Below are positions 35,800-45,579 of a stretch of DNA of 64,000 nucleotides, piece after piece. The stretch is from a bacterium (GTDB lineage Bacteria; Patescibacteriota; Doudnabacteria; UBA920). Position numbers and translations under genes: made by a program. Below the pieces are notes generated by a model. That model made no database searches, was not told where the DNA came from, and saw nothing but the letters and a program-made list of their open reading frames with translations. The DNA is taken from contig JAKAGU010000004.1 in the NCBI GenBank assembly GCA_021825655.1, positions 11,599 through 75,598 of the forward strand, given 5' to 3'. How positions within the stretch are numbered: position 1 is the stretch's first letter; every line of letters starts with the position of its first letter.

Positions 35800-36144
35800 T
35801 TACTCAACCAGTTCCAAAAGGGCTTTAGAGGCACCGGCTTTGGGATTGTTTAGTTTGGTCAAACGGGTGTAGCCGCCTTTTCTTTCCTTGTACTTGGGCC
35901 CGAGAACTTCCATAAGTTTTTTTACAGCCATTGGCTGCAGCTTGCCAAGCAGCAGGCGGCGGGCATGCAAACTGCCCTCTTTGGATTTTGTCAGGCACTT
36001 TTCAGCGTAAGATTTCACGCCTCTGGCATTGGCATAGCTCGTGACAATTTTCTCATACAAAAACAATGAAGACGCCAGACTCTTTAACAATTTTCTCCTG
36101 TGGTCATTGCCCTTACCGAGTTTTTTCTTCTTTTGATGCCTCAT
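35800..36144 (-). CDS. rplQ: 50S ribosomal protein L17
   Basis: MRHQKKKKLGKGNDHRRKLLKSLASSLFLYEKIVTSYANA. Confidence 0.95.
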   Translation of the reverse strand: MRHQKKKKLGKGNDHRRKLLKSLASSLFLYEKIVTSYANARGVKSYAEKCLTKSKEGSLHARRLLLGKLQPMAVKKLMEVLGPKYKERKGGYTRLTKLNNPKAGASKALLELVE

Positions 36145-36145
36145 A

Positions 36146-37081
36146 TTACCTGCCTAAAAATTCCAAAATTTCTTTAATTGTCTTATCGCCCAGGCCGCTC
36201 AGCTTGCCAATCTCTTCATTGGAAAGAGCCTGCAGGGCCGCCAGAGTAGTGATACCGTTTTTAACCAAAGCGTTTTTTGCGCGGGTAGAAAAGGTGGAGT
36301 TAGTGATTTCATTTTCCGCTGTTTCTTCAACGGGCAAATCCGCAACTGTCTCGTTACCCTGAATTTCGGCAACCGCAGCAGCCTCAACTTTAGCGAAATC
36401 ACCCGAAAACATCATGGTAAAATGATCAACTAGGATATGAGCGGCAATATCGCCGGCTTCCTGGCCGGTAAGCGTACCGTCGGTTTCCATAACCAATTCC
36501 AGTTTGTCGTAGTTGGTCAGCTGGCCCACGCGGACATTGGAAACATCGAAATGCACAGACTTAATCGGCGTAAAAATGGCGTCCACGGCAATCATGCCGA
36601 TTTCGGGCTTGTAGTTCTCACGGGCTTCCACCGGCAAATAGCCCCTGCCCTGCTCCACGACTATCTCCATTTCTAAATCTGAGCTCTTGTTATCCAAGGT
36701 GGCAATGTGCAGGTCTTTATTGATAATCTGAACCTGGTCAGTTTCCTTGAAGCTGGCGGCGGTAACAACCTTTTCACCCTTCTCTTTCAATAAAAGGCGC
36801 ACGGGCTCGCTGGAAAAACTCCTCACCCTAAGCTGTTTCAGATTGAGGATGATCTGGATAACGTCTTCTTTGACGTTGGGGATGGTGGAAAATTCGTGGT
36901 CTGCGAACTTAATCTTAACCGCAGTAACAGCTGCACCCGGCATGGAAGATAACAAAACCCGGCGCATGGTGTTGCCAATAGTAACACCATAACCCGGATA
37001 CAAAGGTTCCAGGGTCAGGCTATACTTGTTATTTCCCAAATCAGCGACCTGGGCGTGGTTTGGAAGAGGGAGTGCCTCCAT
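36146..37081 (-). CDS. rpoA: DNA-directed RNA polymerase subunit alpha
   Basis: 311 aa with N-terminal dimerisation domain and C-terminal alpha-CTD. Position between rpsD and rplQ. Confidence 0.95.
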   Translation of the reverse strand: MEALPLPNHAQVADLGNNKYSLTLEPLYPGYGVTIGNTMRRVLLSSMPGAAVTAVKIKFADHEFSTIPNVKEDVIQIILNLKQLRVRSFSSEPVRLLLKEKGEKVVTAASFKETDQVQIINKDLHIATLDNKSSDLEMEIVVEQGRGYLPVEARENYKPEIGMIAVDAIFTPIKSVHFDVSNVRVGQLTNYDKLELVMETDGTLTGQEAGDIAAHILVDHFTMMFSGDFAKVEAAAVAEIQGNETVADLPVEETAENEITNSTFSTRAKNALVKNGITTLAALQALSNEEIGKLSGLGDKTIKEILEFLGR

Positions 37082-37131
37082 AATAAACCTCCGAGGTTTA
37101 AGGATTTATTAAATAAAACTAAAATTATAAA

Positions 37132-37740
37132 CTAGGTGCGGCTGTAGTGCTCGACAATCAGCTGGGTGTTGATGGTGTTGGCAATCATCTCCGGGGTCGG
37201 CTGTGCCAACAACTTGGCGGAAAAGCTGGCGGGATTCATTTCCAGCCATTCCTGAGTTTTGAAATTCTTCAATTTCTCTTTGGCGCGTTCCATGTATTTA
37301 CCGGACTGCTTGGTCTTTTTCACAGCCACGGTATCGCCGACTTTCAGCGCGTATGAAGGAATATCGGCTCTCTTGCCATTAACTTCAAAAAAACCATGGT
37401 TGACGAGCTGCCGGGCCTGGGCGCGGCTATCCGCAAAACCAGCACGGAAGACAAAATTATCCAAGCGGGTTTCCAGCATGCGGAGCAGAATATCTCCGGT
37501 TACGCCGGGCTGGCGCAGGGCTTTCTTAAAATAGTTGGAAAACTGCTTTTCCATTACGCCGTACTGAATTTTTGCCTTCTGCTTCTCGCGGAGCTGCATG
37601 CCGTATTCGGAAAGGCGGCTGCGGGACTGGCCGTGCTGACCGGGCGCATAGCTCCTTTTTTGAAGGATCTTTGCATCTTTGGCCGTAAAGGCCATGCCCA
37701 GGCGGCGGGCTTTTTTAGCTTTTGGTCCTGTGTAACGCAT
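37132..37740 (-). CDS. rpsD: 30S ribosomal protein S4
   Basis: MRYTGPKAKKARRLG... with S4 domain. Confidence 0.95.
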   Translation of the reverse strand: MRYTGPKAKKARRLGMAFTAKDAKILQKRSYAPGQHGQSRSRLSEYGMQLREKQKAKIQYGVMEKQFSNYFKKALRQPGVTGDILLRMLETRLDNFVFRAGFADSRAQARQLVNHGFFEVNGKRADIPSYALKVGDTVAVKKTKQSGKYMERAKEKLKNFKTQEWLEMNPASFSAKLLAQPTPEMIANTINTQLIVEHYSRT

Positions 37741-37752
37741 AAGTGTAAAAAA

Positions 37753-38205
37753 TTATACTCTTCTGGGCTTCTTCGGCCTGACTCCGCCGTGCGGAATGGG
37801 AGTCTGATCCTTAATGGTCAACACCGTCAGGGAACTGCCTTGCAAGGCGCGGACCGCCGATTCCCGTCCGGAACCGATTCCCTTTATAAAAACGTCAACT
37901 TCGGAGAGGCCACGCTCTTTGGCCCGGGCTAAAACATCTTCCATGGTTTTCTGGCCGGCATACGGAGTGGACTTTTTGGAACCCTTAAAACCAATTTTGC
38001 CTGCACTGCCCCAAACCACCACGTTGCCAGAGAGATCGGTTACGGCAATGATTGTGTTATTGTAAGTGGAATTGATATAAATCTTGCCCTTAACCACTTT
38101 TGCCTTGACCTTTTTTTTCTTGCTGCCTTTTATCTTGGAGGCAACATCGGTCTGAGGCACCGCGGCTTCGGCGGGGCTGGTGACTTTATTGTTTTCGTCT
38201 GCCAT
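37753..38205 (-). CDS. rpsK: 30S ribosomal protein S11
   Basis: S11 core ...AYINSTYNNTIIAVTD...GSAGKIGFKGSKKSTPYA... The ORF includes an N-terminal K-rich extension. Confidence 0.95.
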   Translation of the reverse strand: MADENNKVTSPAEAAVPQTDVASKIKGSKKKKVKAKVVKGKIYINSTYNNTIIAVTDLSGNVVVWGSAGKIGFKGSKKSTPYAGQKTMEDVLARAKERGLSEVDVFIKGIGSGRESAVRALQGSSLTVLTIKDQTPIPHGGVRPKKPRRV

Positions 38206-38228
38206 ATAATATCGTTCTTAAAATTAGT

Positions 38229-38618
38229 TTAGGTCTTTTCCGCTGACTTTGCCCGGCCGCTACCCGCGGTCTTTCTGACGTTGCCCCGGCGGGTGCGGGA
38301 GTTGGTCTTCGTCCTCTGGCCCCGGACCGGCAGGCCCCGGATATGCCGGATGCCCCGATACGCGCCGATTTCTTTGAGACGCTTGATGTTTAAAAGTACT
38401 TGCTGCCTCAGGTTGCCTTCAACTTTGTAATTTTTTTCAATAAAATCGCGAATGCGGTTCAGTTCTTCTTCGGTCAGGTCCTTGGTCCGCTTGTTCGGGT
38501 CAACCTTGGCCGCACTTAAAATTTTACGGGACAGGGCCAAACCAATACCGTAAAGATAAGGCAGCGAAGCCTCAATTCTTTTTTCGTTGGGAATGTTGAT
38601 GCCTGCAATTCTAGCCAT
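38229..38618 (-). CDS. rpsM: 30S ribosomal protein S13
   Basis: [34 protein letters not shown]. Confidence 0.95.
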   Translation of the reverse strand: MARIAGINIPNEKRIEASLPYLYGIGLALSRKILSAAKVDPNKRTKDLTEEELNRIRDFIEKNYKVEGNLRQQVLLNIKRLKEIGAYRGIRHIRGLPVRGQRTKTNSRTRRGNVRKTAGSGRAKSAEKT

Positions 38619-38629
38619 ATTCGTATTCT

Positions 38630-38743
38630 TTAACCTTGTCTTTGTTTGTGCTTAGGGTTTTCACACACAATATAAACCCTGCCAAATCTTTTAATGATTT
38701 TGCATTTCTTGCACCGGGGTTTTACGCTTGCGCTAACTTTCAT
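38630..38743 (-). CDS. rpmJ: 50S ribosomal protein L36
   Basis: 37-codon minus-strand [40 protein letters not shown], below the 60-aa cutoff of the ORF track. The frame was cross-checked against the overlapping plus-strand ORF 38636-38839. Confidence 0.85.
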   Translation of the reverse strand: MKVSASVKPRCKKCKIIKRFGRVYIVCENPKHKQRQG

Positions 38744-38753
38744 AGAATTTATG

Positions 38754-39005
38754 TTATCTTAACCTTCTGGTTATCCTGCCCTTGGTCAGATCATAGGGTG
38801 TCATTTCAATCACCACGCGATCGCCGGGCAGAACCTTAATCTTGTTGACTCTCATTTTGCCGGATAAGTGGCCTAAAACCGCCTGCCCGGAATCCAACTG
38901 GACACGAAAAACAGCATTAGGCAAGTTCTCAACGACCTTGCCCTCAAGTTCGATTAGGTCTTTACTTGTGCCTGACTTCCCCAAGTCGTGTGTGCTGGAA
39001 TTCAA
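38754..39005 (-). CDS. infA: Translation initiation factor IF-1
   Basis: ...[68 protein letters not shown]. The ORF-track start is a TTG at 39005. The true start may be the internal TTG at 38984. Confidence 0.9.
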   Translation of the reverse strand: MNSSTHDLGKSGTSKDLIELEGKVVENLPNAVFRVQLDSGQAVLGHLSGKMRVNKIKVLPGDRVVIEMTPYDLTKGRITRRLR

Positions 39006-39046
39006 AATACAAATCTTTCAAAGATAATTTTCACCTAATTAGGCTT

Positions 39047-39074
39047 ATTTTATCACAAAACAAAAAAAAGTCAA
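39047..39074 (-). promoter_or_regulatory. Sigma-70-like promoter upstream of infA-rpmJ-rpsM-rpsK-rpsD-rpoA-rplQ
   Basis: The minus strand reads TTGACT, 16-nt spacer, TAAAAT. Confidence 0.45.
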
Positions 39075-39142
39075 ATCAAAACTACGTTTTGACTATTATC
39101 TCATAAAACCCTTGTAAATAAGCCAAAAATAAGATTTGACAG

Positions 39143-40900
39143 CTAAGGCTGCACTTTTATTTTAATATTGTTTGCCAAGAACGGCAGGCGTTTTTGCCAA
39201 GTAGGCGACAACACAACGTCAATTCTGTCAATTTCATTGTTTTGGGACAAAATGGCGTTTGCCTCCTCGGGGGTCTTGTTGACCAGCTCTTTGGCCATAT
39301 CCTCAACGCTGGTGGATAAATTATACCACACCCGGCCCTGAAAATGAACTGAGAGTATACCCAACTGGCTGTCGGCCTGGAGCTCTTTGGTTTTATAAAC
39401 CAGCTGGTAGGCGCCGTCCTTGGTATCCAGGGTTTTATTGCCGGAGAGTGTCTGGTCAATCCGGTCAAAAATCAATTTTTCCAAATCAGTTTCACTGATT
39501 GCCAAACCCGCGACTTTGAGTTTGATGTATGCATCAAAGTTGGGACTCTCTGTGCCTGCTGCTTTGTCTGAATTGAACTGTTCAACCTGCAAGGTATACG
39601 CATCGTCCGGCAGGGTTAACCCTTGGCCCTTAAGCTTGTCCTGAACCTTGGCCAGGCCCGCGGCTTTCAGCTGATCCTGGGCAGCGGCCACATCCTGGTC
39701 GGAAACAACCGACAGATACCGGGATGTCCCGCCGCTAATCGGCGAATCCGTCTTGGCGTAAAGCACCAGAGGCTTGCTGCCGAAAACCTTATTGGTTATT
39801 TCCAACCGCGTGCCTGCAGGTAGGTTGTAGCTATCCCCGCCTTCGGCCGCAATCACTTCGACCGGATCTGCCAATGTGGCGGGGTCAACCTCTTTTGTCC
39901 GGACATTTTTGTAACCAGTGGGCTTAAGCTGCGACACATCATTAACCAAGCTGTAATTTTTCCCATTCAGTGACAGTGTGGTGGTTTCGGCCTTCAAATT
40001 TAAAGGCAGGCGTGTAAAATTATAAATCCGGACAAAACCGGTGGCGCGATTGCCCACTTCCTTTTTACCCTGGCTTTCAAAAGTCTTATTCAACTCCAAT
40101 TCCTCGGCAACCTGCGTAGCAGGCAAGACTAATTTCGTAGAGTCAGCCGCCTTCACCGTAGTCCCAAAACTAATTTCCAAATCCCTGACCAGGACATCGT
40201 TTTTGGGCACCAAGGCCACTTCGGCTTTCGGCAGAACAACAAAAACCAAGGACGCCGCCAACAAAACAGCCACCGCCAAAAAACCAACAATCCATTTCCA
40301 GGCGCTCCCTCGGACATCTTGTTCTTTATAATGCTCTTCGATTTCGAAAGGGAAAACATTTTCCTGAACGCTGACCTTAGGCGCGGCCATCTCAGACAAA
40401 ACCGGCTCTTTTTCTTTCGGTTCCTCCGCTTTAATCGGCTCAACCTTGCTTAATTTTTTGGCTGTCTGCTTGATTTCTTCCAGTCCCAAAGGCACCACGG
40501 GTTCCTGGGCCACAAATTTCTCAATTTGTTTTGCCGCCGTTTTTTTTGCAGGCGTTGCAGGCGCTTCAGTGGCCAAATCTTGAATAACTGCCGCTTTTGC
40601 CGGCTTAACGCCGATGCCTATATCCGACATAGTCTTGTTTTTGGGGCTCTTGGGCAAAAATCGCAGGCCAAAACCGGCCTCTTTGGCGTACATTTGCCCG
40701 CGCTCATCCATTGTCAAAATCGAAACAGTCTTTTTGAGCAGGTCCGCCTGTTTTTTTAATAGCCTTAAATTGATGCTGTCATTAAAAAGAAAGCATCTTT
40801 TGGGACAAACCAGCACCACCTCCGGTACAGCCTCTTTTTTTAGCCTTTCGACAATCTTGGAGACGTCGTCTTCCAGGTTTATGTAAATGCTGGGGATCAT
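39143..40900 (-). CDS. Hypothetical single-pass membrane protein (585 aa) occupying the slot where secY-adk-map normally precede infA
   Basis: ~70-aa N-terminal cytoplasmic domain, K/A/P/E-rich linker, one TM (WKWIVGFLAVAVLLAASLVFVVL) and a ~370-aa extracytoplasmic domain. No family recognised. Confidence 0.4.
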   Translation of the reverse strand: MIPSIYINLEDDVSKIVERLKKEAVPEVVLVCPKRCFLFNDSINLRLLKKQADLLKKTVSILTMDERGQMYAKEAGFGLRFLPKSPKNKTMSDIGIGVKPAKAAVIQDLATEAPATPAKKTAAKQIEKFVAQEPVVPLGLEEIKQTAKKLSKVEPIKAEEPKEKEPVLSEMAAPKVSVQENVFPFEIEEHYKEQDVRGSAWKWIVGFLAVAVLLAASLVFVVLPKAEVALVPKNDVLVRDLEISFGTTVKAADSTKLVLPATQVAEELELNKTFESQGKKEVGNRATGFVRIYNFTRLPLNLKAETTTLSLNGKNYSLVNDVSQLKPTGYKNVRTKEVDPATLADPVEVIAAEGGDSYNLPAGTRLEITNKVFGSKPLVLYAKTDSPISGGTSRYLSVVSDQDVAAAQDQLKAAGLAKVQDKLKGQGLTLPDDAYTLQVEQFNSDKAAGTESPNFDAYIKLKVAGLAISETDLEKLIFDRIDQTLSGNKTLDTKDGAYQLVYKTKELQADSQLGILSVHFQGRVWYNLSTSVEDMAKELVNKTPEEANAILSQNNEIDRIDVVLSPTWQKRLPFLANNIKIKVQP

Positions 40901-40963
40901 TTTTCAAGCGCAAACATTAATACCTATATACACTATAGCCTTTTTTGCGGGCTTAATCAAACC

Positions 40964-42130
40964 TTAGGCCAACCCTTTATAAGCTAAGCGCTTAGAGAAA
41001 CTCAAGTTCTTGCTGTTCTCCACCTGGGGCTGGTCAAAAGGGTTAACTTGCCTAAGTACTGAGGCGTAAACCGCATAGAGCTGCCAAAAAGCGACAAAGG
41101 CGCCCAACTCCTCCGGACTAAACCCCGCAATGGCCATATGGGCCACCGGGATGCTGTTAATCCGGGCGTCTTCCAGAGTACCCAATAATTCGTACTCTAG
41201 GGATTTTTCCAGAGGAATTTTATCAATGTCGAACATGGCATGGTTTTTAATAGCCACGCTGTGCACTGCCGCCGGATAACTGTTAACCGTAGGATGCAGC
41301 GGCGCTTCACTGGAAAAGAACAGCCCGGCAATATTTTTACGTCCGCCAAAAAACCTCTGGTTGGTATGGTGCTGCGATTCCGGCGCCTCGTGGGCGAAAT
41401 AAGTCTGCCCCTTGCCGTTTTTGCCGAACGATTCATGGCACAGCTGAACGATCAGCGCGCTCATGGGAAAAAGGTTATGGGAATAAAAAGGCATGAACAC
41501 ATCCACGTAACCCTGCTGCTCCAATTGCCAAAATACGGAAGCGGCGCGCCAGGGCAGATTGTCCTGCGCATACAGGCCGTAAAACTTTTTCGCGCCCGCG
41601 TACAGGCTGGCCACATCCAGGCCGACCAGCCCGGCGGGAAACAAAGCCACTTCGGTAAGCCCCGTATAACGGCCGCCAATTGGCGGATGTTCGACTACCG
41701 AAATATTAAGCTTGCGGGCAACTTCGGCCAGCGGACTATTTTTACCGGCCACCGCAACCATCGGATACTCCGCAAACTGCATGGTCATTTCCAGCTGGGT
41801 GGTGTTTTCCCCGGATTTGCTGATAGAAAGCACCAAGGTATCTTCGGGTTTCAATTGCTGCTTCAGCTCATAGATATAATCGGGATCAACAGTATTCAAA
41901 AAAAACACTTCTTTTTTTGCCTGATATTTTAAAGCCGCATAATAGCCATAAAAAGTAGTCAAGCTCCCGCCGTGGGCCAGAATCAGCAGCTTGGGATATT
42001 TTTCGTATTGCGCAGAATATTTTTTTATCAGCTCAAAGTCCGGCTGGTAGGATACGAACTCAGGCGCCGCTGGCAAGCGCGCCGGATCCAACACTTCAGG
42101 CTGGGGGCAATTATAGAAATCAATTTTCAT
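40964..42130 (-). CDS. pgi: Glucose-6-phosphate isomerase (short SIS-domain form)
   Basis: SISKSGENTTQLEM (SKSGTT.ET-like) and the PGI signature GGRYTGLTEVALFPAGLVG (GGRYSLWS-like). 388 aa. Confidence 0.75.
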   Translation of the reverse strand: MKIDFYNCPQPEVLDPARLPAAPEFVSYQPDFELIKKYSAQYEKYPKLLILAHGGSLTTFYGYYAALKYQAKKEVFFLNTVDPDYIYELKQQLKPEDTLVLSISKSGENTTQLEMTMQFAEYPMVAVAGKNSPLAEVARKLNISVVEHPPIGGRYTGLTEVALFPAGLVGLDVASLYAGAKKFYGLYAQDNLPWRAASVFWQLEQQGYVDVFMPFYSHNLFPMSALIVQLCHESFGKNGKGQTYFAHEAPESQHHTNQRFFGGRKNIAGLFFSSEAPLHPTVNSYPAAVHSVAIKNHAMFDIDKIPLEKSLEYELLGTLEDARINSIPVAHMAIAGFSPEELGAFVAFWQLYAVYASVLRQVNPFDQPQVENSKNLSFSKRLAYKGLA

Positions 42131-42161
42131 AAATTTTTATTTTAATTCTCGCAAATTTAAC

Positions 42162-43964
42162 CTACGAAACCGATGCCTTAATCCTTCTCACGCCCGCGCT
42201 GGAAGCTTCTTCCTTTAAAATTTTAAACTGGCCGATGGCCCCCGTATGCTCCACGTGCGGGCCGCCGCAGAACTCGCGCGACACCACTTCCTGGGTCTTA
42301 GGGTCGAACACGGTGTACACGGACACAATATCCGGGTATTTTTCGCCGAACACGCCAATGGCACCCAACTTTCTGGCCTCTGCCAAAGGCAAGGTTTCTT
42401 TTTTTACGCTCAGGTCTCGGGCAATCCAGTCGTTGACAATTGCTTGCACGGATTCAATTTCTTCGATCGTCATTTTCTGGCCGTGAGTAAAATCAAAACG
42501 CGTGCGCTCCTCGGTAATATTGCTTCCTTTTTGCCAAACCTCGTCGCCTAAAACCTGCCGCAGTGCGGCGTTCATCAAATGCGTGGCCGTATGCAGCCTC
42601 ACAATCTTGTCACTATGGCTGGCCAGCCCCCCTTTAAACTGGCCGGCCGAAGCTGTACGCGAAAGTTCTTGGTGTTTTTTAAACTCAATTTCAAATTCTT
42701 TTTTATCTACAACAAAACCGCTTTCCTCAGCCAATTCGGCTGTCACTTCCCAGGGGATGCCGTAAGTTTGGTATACATCAAAAGCTTCCTTGCCTGTAAT
42801 TTTGGAGTTGGCGGCAACGTTTTCCGACTTTTTGATAATCTTTCCCAGTTCTTTCAAACCCCGCTCCAGGGTATTTTCAAACTTTTTCTGCTCTCCCTCA
42901 ATCACGGCAAAAACATTCTCGGACTTTTCCACCAAGTATGGATAGGCCTGAGCATACGCCGTAATAACCTGGCCGACCAAAGCCTTCAGCCAAGTGCCCT
43001 GAAGGTTCAATAGCCTGGCCATAACCATGCTCCGCCTCAACAACCGACGGAGCACGTAGCCCCGGTCTTTATTGGATGGCTCTACGCCGTCTCCCACAAT
43101 CATCACGCTGGCCCGCACATGGTCCAGAATAACCCTTGCTTTGCGAACCTCCTCGTTGGACAGAATTTCGTTACCCAAGCCAACAACCTCAAACATGGGC
43201 TTAAAAATCTCCGTATCATACACCGAACGCTGGCCGTTTAAGACAGCCAAAGTGCGATCAAGACCCATGCCAGTATCTACATTCTGCTTTTTCAGCGGAA
43301 CCAGCCGGCCGTCAGCCTGTTTTTCAAATTGCATGAACACGTCATTCCAGATTTCCACCCAGCGCTTGTCCTCGCTCGTTTTCTGAAAATTTTCCGGCGC
43401 GGGCGTGCCATCGTCAATCCAGTAAAACATTTCGGTGTCTGGCCCGCACGGCCCGGTCGTACCGGCAATCCACCAGTTGTTTTCCTTGGGCAAATAAGCA
43501 ATGCGCTTGGGGTTTACGCCCAGGCTTTCCCATTTTTCGGCGGCTTCGGTATCGCGAGGGGCATCTGCGTCCCCCGCAAAAACTGAAACTGCCAAACGCT
43601 CCAGAGGGATGCCCAAATACTCTTTCGAAGTTAAAAATTCAAAACTCCATTCAATGGCTTCCTGTTTGAAATAGTCGCCCAAACTCCAGTTCCCGAGCAT
43701 CTCAAAAAAAGTCAGGTGGGTATCATCCCCCACTTCCTCAATGTCTCCGGTGCGGATGCATTTCTGGAAATTGACCAGCCGCGTGCCCTTGGGATGCTCC
43801 TGGCCCAGCAGATACGGAACCAAGGGGTGCATGCCCGCGGTTGTAAACAGCACGGAAGCGTCATTTTCGGGCACCAAAGAAGCCGAAGGAATAACGGAAT
43901 GCCCTTTGGATTGAAAAAAGTTGAGATATTTTTGCCGCAGTTCTTGCGCGGTAATTTTCTGCAT
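42162..43964 (-). CDS. alaS: Alanine--tRNA ligase, truncated form lacking the C-terminal C-Ala domain
   Basis: Class II catalytic core (FTTAGMHPLVPYLLG) and editing-domain zinc motifs HTATHLMNAAL...CGGPHVEHTG. 600 aa versus ~870 in typical bacteria. Confidence 0.9.
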   Translation of the reverse strand: MQKITAQELRQKYLNFFQSKGHSVIPSASLVPENDASVLFTTAGMHPLVPYLLGQEHPKGTRLVNFQKCIRTGDIEEVGDDTHLTFFEMLGNWSLGDYFKQEAIEWSFEFLTSKEYLGIPLERLAVSVFAGDADAPRDTEAAEKWESLGVNPKRIAYLPKENNWWIAGTTGPCGPDTEMFYWIDDGTPAPENFQKTSEDKRWVEIWNDVFMQFEKQADGRLVPLKKQNVDTGMGLDRTLAVLNGQRSVYDTEIFKPMFEVVGLGNEILSNEEVRKARVILDHVRASVMIVGDGVEPSNKDRGYVLRRLLRRSMVMARLLNLQGTWLKALVGQVITAYAQAYPYLVEKSENVFAVIEGEQKKFENTLERGLKELGKIIKKSENVAANSKITGKEAFDVYQTYGIPWEVTAELAEESGFVVDKKEFEIEFKKHQELSRTASAGQFKGGLASHSDKIVRLHTATHLMNAALRQVLGDEVWQKGSNITEERTRFDFTHGQKMTIEEIESVQAIVNDWIARDLSVKKETLPLAEARKLGAIGVFGEKYPDIVSVYTVFDPKTQEVVSREFCGGPHVEHTGAIGQFKILKEEASSAGVRRIKASVS

Positions 43965-43981
43965 GATATTGGGCCTAATTA

Positions 43982-44245
43982 TCAGGACGGGATAAGGTCG
44001 TCAAATTCCGCAAGGCGCACAAACCTCTTGCCATCGGCAGTCTTAAATGACAGCTTGGCTTTCTGTCCCTGGTCCGTGGCTACCATACCCTCGAACACAT
44101 ACTGGGTGTGCTCGGTGGGGTCATTTCGCCTGTTTGTGGATACGCGCACCAGACTTCCTGGCTGGATCTCCTTTGCGCCCCCACTCTTCTCGTGTTCGCC
44201 CTCAGCCTTGGGCAAGGGGCGTCCGATGTCGTTGTATTCTGACAT
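43982..44245 (-). CDS. Small hypothetical protein (87 aa), possibly a small beta-barrel fold
   Basis: No motifs recognised. Conserved-looking GSLVRVS...YVFEGMVATDQGQKAKLSFKTADGKRFVRLAEF. Confidence 0.3.
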   Translation of the reverse strand: MSEYNDIGRPLPKAEGEHEKSGGAKEIQPGSLVRVSTNRRNDPTEHTQYVFEGMVATDQGQKAKLSFKTADGKRFVRLAEFDDLIPS

Positions 44246-44247
44246 GT

Positions 44248-45507
44248 TTATTTGGTTATTTCTTCCAATGCCTTATCCATTTGGGGATCTTTGTTTGCTT
44301 TGGCGTCATCCTCTGTCAATTTTACCGGAATATCCGGGTTCAGTCCGTCTTTGTCCAAATTTTTTCCGCCGGGCGTAATCCACTTCGCCACCGTAACCTT
44401 TACCGCTCCGCCTTCGGGCAAGTTCACCAACTCCTGGACGCTGCCTTTGCCGAAAGATTTTTCACCCAGTAACGTCGCTTTGCCATGGTCATGCAATGCG
44501 CCGGCTAAAATCTCTGCCGCCGAAGCGCTGCCGCCGTTTATGAGAACAATTGTTTTCATCCCTCCCAGGCGGTTTAGCCCCGAAGCCGTATACACCTGTT
44601 CGCTTCCCTGGCTTTTGGCTTCTTTTACCACCACATCACCACTCTTCACCCACTGTGAAGCCACATCCACAGCTGACTGCAAATAACCACCCGGGTTATT
44701 GCGCAAATCCACAATCAAACCGTCGGCCGATTTGGTAATCACGTCATTGACTGCGTTTTGGAAAAGCGGCACTGTGTCTTCGCCAAAACGGCTTATGGTA
44801 ATAACCGCAATTCGCTTGCTTCCAACCTGTTTAAAATCCCATTTGACGCTCTTAATCACAATCTGGTCCCGGACAATTTCCAAGTCGAAAGGCTGCAGGC
44901 GGCCTTCACGGGCAATCGTCAAAACAACTTTCGTGCCCCGCTGGCCGCGGATATGATCCACAGCCTCATCGGTGGTCCAGTCTGCCGTAGAAGCCCCGTC
45001 AACTTTCATGATAATGTCTTTGGGTCTTAACCCTGCGCGGCTGGCCGGGGTTCCGTCCAGAGGTGCAATAATCACAATGTTGCCGTTCTGCTTGCCAATT
45101 TCAGCGCCAATGCCGTCAAAGTTGCCCTTGAGGTCCGTATTAAAAATTTCCAGTTCTTTTGGTTCAAAAAAGGCGGTATACGGGTCGCCAGCCGCGGCCA
45201 CCGCGCCTTTGACTGCTCCGTACAAATATTGCTCGGGCGTGGGCGCTTTACCTATAAACTTGGAGTCCACAACCTTCATGGCGTCCCACAGCAGGTTATA
45301 ATCCACATTTTTGGGCACGCTGGACTGATTAACTACCTGATAAGTGCTGCCGTTCCACACATAACCCTTATGGCCGGTCTGGTAGCCAGCGCTAAAGGAA
45401 ATTACCGCTAAAAGCACGGCCGCTGCCCAAACTCGCCAAGCCAAGCCTTTTTTGGGCACAGGCGGTTGGGTCTGGGCCGATTCTCCAGAAATTTGATTAT
45501 TTTCCAT
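44248..45507 (-). CDS. ctpA: Carboxyl-terminal processing protease (S41) with PDZ domain
   Basis: PDZ (GIGAEIGKQNGNIVIIAPLDGTPASRAGLRPKDII) and the S41 catalytic region VLINGGSASAAEILAGAL with a downstream K. Confidence 0.85.
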   Translation of the reverse strand: MENNQISGESAQTQPPVPKKGLAWRVWAAAVLLAVISFSAGYQTGHKGYVWNGSTYQVVNQSSVPKNVDYNLLWDAMKVVDSKFIGKAPTPEQYLYGAVKGAVAAAGDPYTAFFEPKELEIFNTDLKGNFDGIGAEIGKQNGNIVIIAPLDGTPASRAGLRPKDIIMKVDGASTADWTTDEAVDHIRGQRGTKVVLTIAREGRLQPFDLEIVRDQIVIKSVKWDFKQVGSKRIAVITISRFGEDTVPLFQNAVNDVITKSADGLIVDLRNNPGGYLQSAVDVASQWVKSGDVVVKEAKSQGSEQVYTASGLNRLGGMKTIVLINGGSASAAEILAGALHDHGKATLLGEKSFGKGSVQELVNLPEGGAVKVTVAKWITPGGKNLDKDGLNPDIPVKLTEDDAKANKDPQMDKALEEITK

Positions 45508-45541
45508 AATAAAATGAATTATTTTAATACTATAACTATAT

Positions 45542-45570
45542 CAAAAAACGTTGCCAACTCAAAGTTGGCG
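45542..45570 (-). terminator. Rho-independent terminator at the end of the glycan locus (after the GT2 gene)
   Basis: The minus strand reads GCCAACT-ttga-AGTTGGC followed by AACGTTTTTTGAT. Confidence 0.65.
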
Positions 45571-45579
45571 GGCATAAGC

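Noticed and set aside
38630-38743. Apparent single-base deletion (A-run) that would frameshift rpmJ (L36) after codon 15
   Set aside because: The overlapping plus-strand ORF 38636-38839 in the supplied track translates ...NDFAFLA..., which requires four T's at that position. My by-eye count of three was a transcription slip at a line break. The 37-codon L36 frame is intact.
39006-39142. Intergenic region upstream of infA scanned for a tRNA or small RNA
   Set aside because: No cloverleaf-compatible sequence or conserved RNA motif was found. It contains only a plausible promoter and short A/T-rich hairpins.
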